A stretch of DNA of 64,000 nt, taken from contig OZ024765.1 of NCBI GenBank assembly GCA_964016885.1, forward strand, positions 23,188,001 through 23,252,000. Reading direction: 5' to 3'. Shown here one piece after another: positions 58,942-64,000 of this stretch; position 1 is the first letter of the stretch, and each line of letters starts with the position of its first letter. Under the pieces are notes generated by a model. That model was not told where the DNA came from, did no database searches, and was given only the letters and a program-made list of their open reading frames with translations. The translations under genes were made by a program, and so were the position numbers. This DNA is from Eledone cirrhosa (lineage: Eukaryota).

Positions 58942-60690
58942 ATGTTTATCGATATCGTTGATAACGATATCGTCGAAAACGATATCGCCATATTGGAAGC
59001 GAACGCCACGCCGACCAAAAAAACAAGCGGGAAAGAGGGAACAACAGTTCAAACTGTTGAACAACCCCTCCTCTCCAATGAAAAAAAGAATTTCAATTCA
59101 AATGAAAAAATTAATTTTCAAGAAAAAAATAACACCACAAATAAGGAAACCAACAACATTACAACAACAAACAAAGACAAAATTTCTTTTGCCCAAACAC
59201 TCAAGAGAGCCACGGAGTACAAAGCCATTGACATCACGAACGCCAAGGAAAATTTGCTAGAGGCTAGGAAATACGTATCTTTTGGGGAGGATGGTTCTTT
59301 TACGATCAACTCCCCAGAAGAAGTGCGTGAACAGATTTACAAGAATACCGTAAGCTTCAGAACCATAACCAACGAAACGAGAAAGCCAGCGCAATTGACC
59401 GAAAGCCAAATCGAGCTGGTTCTGAAAGAAATTAAAAATGACATACTCTTTATTCAAAGAGGAAAGCTGTATGCCAGCATTATGGTCCGAATGAAGGACG
59501 AAATGCTGGCTCAGAAATATTCGGTGGCACCTATAGTGTCACCACAATACACCTTCTTCCCCACATATAAAGGAAGAAGAACACAAAGGATAAGAATGTG
59601 GAGCCCTACGCCAGAAATTAACATCTGGTCCGTCCTAACAGGATTTACCGACCTAGATAAGGACATACTAATTTCCGCAGGGGAGTCCACCAGTGGACTG
59701 TTCGGGGGGAAAAGTCTGGAGGTTCTCTTACAGATGACACCTGAGAGAATCTCCGGAATACCCGACCGAGTGCTACTGGATGGGCGAACCTACATAAATA
59801 TCACAGTGGAAGGCAGGAGACCCTCATGTTACCACTGCGCTGGCAGAGGTCACCTGAGGACGGCCTGCCCTCTACTAACAACTAAAAAACCACTGCTACA
59901 AACACCACAACAACAACAAAAACAACCAGCACCACCTTCACAAAAACAACAAAATACACTACCATCTCCACCAGAACAACAAAAACCAACAACACCACCA
60001 CCACCACCACCACAACAACATCAACAACAGCTCAAGAAAACAACCCAAAACACGGTCCCACCCAGCCCTAACCCACAGAACACAAATACAAAAACAGTTC
60101 ATACACAACCCGGAGATATACCCCTCCCCTCCAATACGGAAGAGGAGCTCATATCGTCGGAAGACGAGGGGGCTCCCTTCCAAAAAGTGAAAAGAAAAAA
60201 ACGTACACACACCACAACAACAAAAATAACCCCACCTGACAACACAACACAGACAATAAAACGCAAACTCACTCAACAACAACAAGCAAAAACAAACACA
60301 ACACAAAAACTCTACACATACATAAACAAAAACAATGAAAACCTAACTTTTAAAATAGAAACCAACCCTTCGATACAAACCGAAGGGCCGAATTTTGTAA
60401 CGGCAATGGGGCTCCCTAACCTGAAAATGGTGAAAATCCCACTTGACATTTTTAAAACTTTAAAAGACATGTACCCTGAGGACGTGGGCCCACCCTGCAC
60501 CAGGCCACTCAACCGCGTCCTCCTGAAAGGTTTTCCCCTCCCCTCCTCAAACACCCACACAACTCCAAAGATCCCAACCCCTCCACACACCAATACCCCC
60601 ACACCACCACAAACCACCACCCCACCCATCAACCCCGCCACCAGCCCCATGGAAACTGAGCGACCCGAACCCCGGGACGCAGAGAGGTAA
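58942..60690 (+). CDS. LINE ORF1p, copy 3
   Basis: 582 aa; near-identical to copy 1 with polyQ indels. Confidence 0.88.
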   Translation: MFIDIVDNDIVENDIAILEANATPTKKTSGKEGTTVQTVEQPLLSNEKKNFNSNEKINFQEKNNTTNKETNNITTTNKDKISFAQTLKRATEYKAIDITNAKENLLEARKYVSFGEDGSFTINSPEEVREQIYKNTVSFRTITNETRKPAQLTESQIELVLKEIKNDILFIQRGKLYASIMVRMKDEMLAQKYSVAPIVSPQYTFFPTYKGRRTQRIRMWSPTPEINIWSVLTGFTDLDKDILISAGESTSGLFGGKSLEVLLQMTPERISGIPDRVLLDGRTYINITVEGRRPSCYHCAGRGHLRTACPLLTTKKPLLQTPQQQQKQPAPPSQKQQNTLPSPPEQQKPTTPPPPPPQQHQQQLKKTTQNTVPPSPNPQNTNTKTVHTQPGDIPLPSNTEEELISSEDEGAPFQKVKRKKRTHTTTTKITPPDNTTQTIKRKLTQQQQAKTNTTQKLYTYINKNNENLTFKIETNPSIQTEGPNFVTAMGLPNLKMVKIPLDIFKTLKDMYPEDVGPPCTRPLNRVLLKGFPLPSSNTHTTPKIPTPPHTNTPTPPQTTTPPINPATSPMETERPEPRDAER

Positions 60691-60713
60691 GTGCCTCTTT
60701 CTTTGCCACCAAC

Positions 60714-63700
60714 ATGGCTGTCTTAAGAGTAGGTTGTCTAAATGCGCGTGGCCTGGGCTCACCTTGGAAGCAAGCTAAACTTCTAAGTGACCTCAGGTCA
60801 CAATGTGTAAATGTGATGGTTATTTGCGAGGCCCGGATCAGCAGCATGCGACAGCTAGCCCCCACCTTTGATGACTTTGAGATGCACGCATCTCTCTGTC
60901 AGCCTGGAGGTGGGGGTGGGGTTGTCGTTCTGCTGCAAAAACATCTGGGACTCGCTACACAGACGGTACACTTGGACCCGGAGGGTCGACTAGTGGTTCT
61001 GGACCTTGGCAATGGCGAAGGCGAAGCTTTTAGGCTTGTCGCCGTATACGCCCCTTTTGGGGCAATGCGGTCGGACTTCTTCCATCGTCTGGAGACTTTT
61101 CTAGGGACGTCCCGCTCCTTGCTTTTAGTGGGGGACTGGAATGGTATCCTAGATGCACGTTGGGACTATGTAGGGGCATGTCCCGATAGAGGGGGGTGTA
61201 ACAGCCTTAAGGGGTTAATCGGCCGATTCGACCTGGCCGATAGATACCGACTAGATTTTCCGACTGTACCAACCTGGACCTGGTCAAATAACAGTGGTCA
61301 ATCTAGATCGTACCTAGATAGGTTCTTAGTTAGAATTAAGGATAGGGACTTTTTAAGTTGTCCAGAAATGCTCATGGTGGGCTATTCAGACCACAAGTTA
61401 GTGACCTGCGTAGTCCACCTTGATAGAACGCATAGGCAGGGGCCCGGTTACTGGAAGCTCAACTTGTCCTTACCGGCAAGTAGAGCTTACAGGGACCGGA
61501 TTAGAACCTTAGTTAAGGAGCAGTTGACGGGCGCCATCGTCAACAACAGGTGGTGGGGCTCTCTAAAAAGAGAGATTAGAGTAGTTTCAATAGGAGTTAG
61601 TAAGGAGTTAGCCTCAGATAGAAATAGGAAGGAAAGGGAGTTGGTAGTTAATGTTGAAGAGGCAATGAGAAGCGGCAACGTGGCCAGAGTGCAAGCGTCG
61701 AGAACGGTCTTGAACCAGTTCTTCGACGCGAAACACGAAGGCTGCGTTGTCCGAAGCAAAATACGTGCTCTGGGAAACGAGGGGACCAAAGCTGTTAGCT
61801 GGGCCCGCGTGACAGAAGCGAAAAGTGGGATTAAATCCACTATCCGGTCTTTGCGAGACCAGGATGGACGGCTGATCCTTGAACCTAAGCAAATGTGCGA
61901 GGCCTTTCAAAGGCACTTTGCCGAATTGTTCGGGAGGGGCGGGGAGCCGGTTGGAGATGTGGATTTCGGTCCATACCTCGACGGCCTGCCGCGTCTTTCG
62001 GACAGGGAGGCGAGGTCCTGCGACGGGCCGATCTCAGCGGCTGAAATAGGGGACGTGCTGAGCCTATGCGGCAAACGCAAATCTCCAGGACTCGATGGTC
62101 TGCCCTACGAACTATATATTAATATGCCGGACTTGTTCCCCGATCTCCTCGAGGCGGTCTACTGCAACTGGCAACAGAACGGGAGAATTCCCTGTTCTGT
62201 GACCAAGGGCGTAGTCTCGCTAGTGAGGAAGGACGAGAACAAGGGGGATGACATTAGTAATTTTAGGCCCATAACTCTGCTAAATGCAGAGTTAAAGATT
62301 TTGGCGAAGGTGTTAGCGAAGAGGTTGGCGCTTGTCGTGGGGGGCCTGGTGGGAGATGCGCAGACATGCGCTATCCCGTCCAGGTCCATCCACGACAACC
62401 TCCACCTCATGCGATACATCATAGAGAGGGTTGGGAACGAACCCGGCTTTGGTGGGGCCCTGATAAATTTAGATCAGTCTAAAGCGTTCGATAGGGTGGA
62501 CCATGGTTACCTGGATGCGGTGCTAGCGGCGGCTGGGTTCGGACCCGTTTTCAGGGGCTGGATCACTGCCATGCACAGCAGCCGCATCTGCTCTAGAATC
62601 AAGGTGAACGGCTACCTTTCGGAGCCATTCGAAATCACCCGCTCCATCCGACAGGGGTGCCCTCTCTCCTCCCTTCTGTATGTATTGACTCTCGAGCCAT
62701 TACTGCGGAAGTTGGAGTTGTTGCAGGGCATCCCTTTGGAACCGGGATTGCGCAAAGCGGTGTCGGCCTACGCCGATGACGTAACAGTAATGGTGTCGAC
62801 CGCCTCGGAAATCGAGGCGATCGGCACCTTACTAGAGGAGTACGAAAGGTTGACAGGGGCTAAGCTGAACCGGGACAAGTCAGTCGCTTTGCAACTCGGC
62901 GAGTGGAGGGGCAAAGCGATGTCGTGCGACGGTATCGTCGGACGGTGGACGGAGGGCCCGGTGAAGTTGCTTGGGGTCTGGTTCGGACCGGACCTCCAGG
63001 TGGAGAAAAACTGGGGTGAGGTGACGAATAGGGTGTTTGCACTGACCCAGAAGTGGGCCGAGTGCAAACTATCCCTAAAAGGTCGGGCGGAGGTGGCGAA
63101 CGCTTACATAGCGTCCGTCATCTATTACCGCTTGAATGTCGTGCCTTGCCCGGGTGAGATCCTCGCCAAAATGGAGCGCGCCCTCTTTTATTTCCTTTGG
63201 AAGAAGAGGTCTCCTCTAGTGAGGAGATCCATCTGCTGTCAACACCCTTTGAAAGGAGGGCTGGGGATGCCGTGGCTAAAAATGCGTAAACACGCATTGA
63301 GGCTAAGGCACCTCCACGTATTCCTCACCGGTCAACCGGTGTGGGCCCCGTTTGTGAGGCGAGCCTTCCCGAGGCTCGTCTCGCTCACCGAGCTGCAGTC
63401 CTGGGTGAAGCAAAGACCGAGAAAACTGGGCGACTGGCACACCGAGTGTGCCCAGGCGCTCACGGCTCTCTGGCAGGCGGACCCGGCTATCGACGGAGAC
63501 TCCACCTCGTCATTCTATAGAGGGCTGGTGGTTAGCGGGTGCGACGACGCCCTCGGAGAAGCCCTAGGCATGGAGGAGGACGAACTGGCCAGTCTATTCG
63601 GTAGGACTTTCGGCCCGGGACCTATGGACAACTTCCAGAAGTCCTTGGCCTGGCAGTGCTACCGAGGGGCTCTGCCCGTTCGGGATAAGCTCTACAGACA

Positions 63701-64000
63701 CGGGCGCCCGGGTAGGGACCCCTCGAAAAAGATCTGTCCCAGATGCGTGCGCGACGAGGAAACCGTCGCGCACGCATTGGTGCACTGCCCGGGCGTTGCC
63801 GATCTGTGGGGCTATGTTGAACAACTGCTGTCACGGGTGGGACCAATTAGGTTGACCACCGAGTCCATTGTAACGATCAAGCCGCCTCCCCCCTTCAAAA
63901 ATGAAGGAGAGGCGGTCTTCCTCTGTGTAATAGCCATGGTAAAAGAGGCTATATGGTGGACGCGTCTGAAAGGGCTGAGGTCGGACACCTTTCTCTCCGG
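60714..64000 (+). CDS. LINE ORF2p, copy 3 (3'-partial; absent from the ORF track because no stop lies in the window)
   Basis: ATG at 60714; constant 10331-bp offset from copy 1 to the window end; SDH and QGCPLS motifs intact. Confidence 0.9.
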   Translation, partial: MAVLRVGCLNARGLGSPWKQAKLLSDLRSQCVNVMVICEARISSMRQLAPTFDDFEMHASLCQPGGGGGVVVLLQKHLGLATQTVHLDPEGRLVVLDLGNGEGEAFRLVAVYAPFGAMRSDFFHRLETFLGTSRSLLLVGDWNGILDARWDYVGACPDRGGCNSLKGLIGRFDLADRYRLDFPTVPTWTWSNNSGQSRSYLDRFLVRIKDRDFLSCPEMLMVGYSDHKLVTCVVHLDRTHRQGPGYWKLNLSLPASRAYRDRIRTLVKEQLTGAIVNNRWWGSLKREIRVVSIGVSKELASDRNRKERELVVNVEEAMRSGNVARVQASRTVLNQFFDAKHEGCVVRSKIRALGNEGTKAVSWARVTEAKSGIKSTIRSLRDQDGRLILEPKQMCEAFQRHFAELFGRGGEPVGDVDFGPYLDGLPRLSDREARSCDGPISAAEIGDVLSLCGKRKSPGLDGLPYELYINMPDLFPDLLEAVYCNWQQNGRIPCSVTKGVVSLVRKDENKGDDISNFRPITLLNAELKILAKVLAKRLALVVGGLVGDAQTCAIPSRSIHDNLHLMRYIIERVGNEPGFGGALINLDQSKAFDRVDHGYLDAVLAAAGFGPVFRGWITAMHSSRICSRIKVNGYLSEPFEITRSIRQGCPLSSLLYVLTLEPLLRKLELLQGIPLEPGLRKAVSAYADDVTVMVSTASEIEAIGTLLEEYERLTGAKLNRDKSVALQLGEWRGKAMSCDGIVGRWTEGPVKLLGVWFGPDLQVEKNWGEVTNRVFALTQKWAECKLSLKGRAEVANAYIASVIYYRLNVVPCPGEILAKMERALFYFLWKKRSPLVRRSICCQHPLKGGLGMPWLKMRKHALRLRHLHVFLTGQPVWAPFVRRAFPRLVSLTELQSWVKQRPRKLGDWHTECAQALTALWQADPAIDGDSTSSFYRGLVVSGCDDALGEALGMEEDELASLFGRTFGPGPMDNFQKSLAWQCYRGALPVRDKLYRHGRPGRDPSKKICPRCVRDEETVAHALVHCPGVADLWGYVEQLLSRVGPIRLTTESIVTIKPPPPFKNEGEAVFLCVIAMVKEAIWWTRLKGLRSDTFLS

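Larger units (their letters stand above)
58767..64000 (+). mobile_element. Tx1-type LINE copy 3 (complete 5' end; runs off the window)
   Basis: Same 5' junction gtctgtct|gaggatagtagacg. Confidence 0.93.

Noticed and set aside
51156-63846. Short antisense ORFs repeated in the Tx1 copies
   Set aside because: Shadow ORFs of ORF2, repeated only through copy identity

Overview
Eukaryotic, repeat-saturated window. It is very probably octopod or other cephalopod DNA, inferred from the tRNA-headed CORE- and Nin-type SINEs, the RTE LINEs and the huge (TA)n tracts. The only host gene visible is an ankyrin-repeat gene with two spliced coding exons (37971-38230, 46903-47108). Its introns hold a 7.4-kb, 65-bp satellite derived from an RTE ORF and three copies of a Tx1/L1-type LINE, all inserted in a (GTCT)n repeat. 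The first 37 kb is microsatellite containing nested RTE fragments (one family has a PHD finger inside the RT), SINEs, a Penelope-like element (PLE) with an inverted pseudo-LTR, and a foldback element. The main hidden signal is a set of about nine type I hammerhead-ribozyme (HHR) motifs from about six unrelated sequence families. One is in a 588-bp non-coding unit present as 2.09 head-to-tail copies, each carrying a rare U3-A8 variant HHR, which makes it a candidate retrozyme/circular-RNA retroelement. Another is in a rod-like module that replaces the 3' UTR of an RTE copy. Almost all long ORFs in the track are microsatellite artefacts. All structures were read by eye; none was computed.
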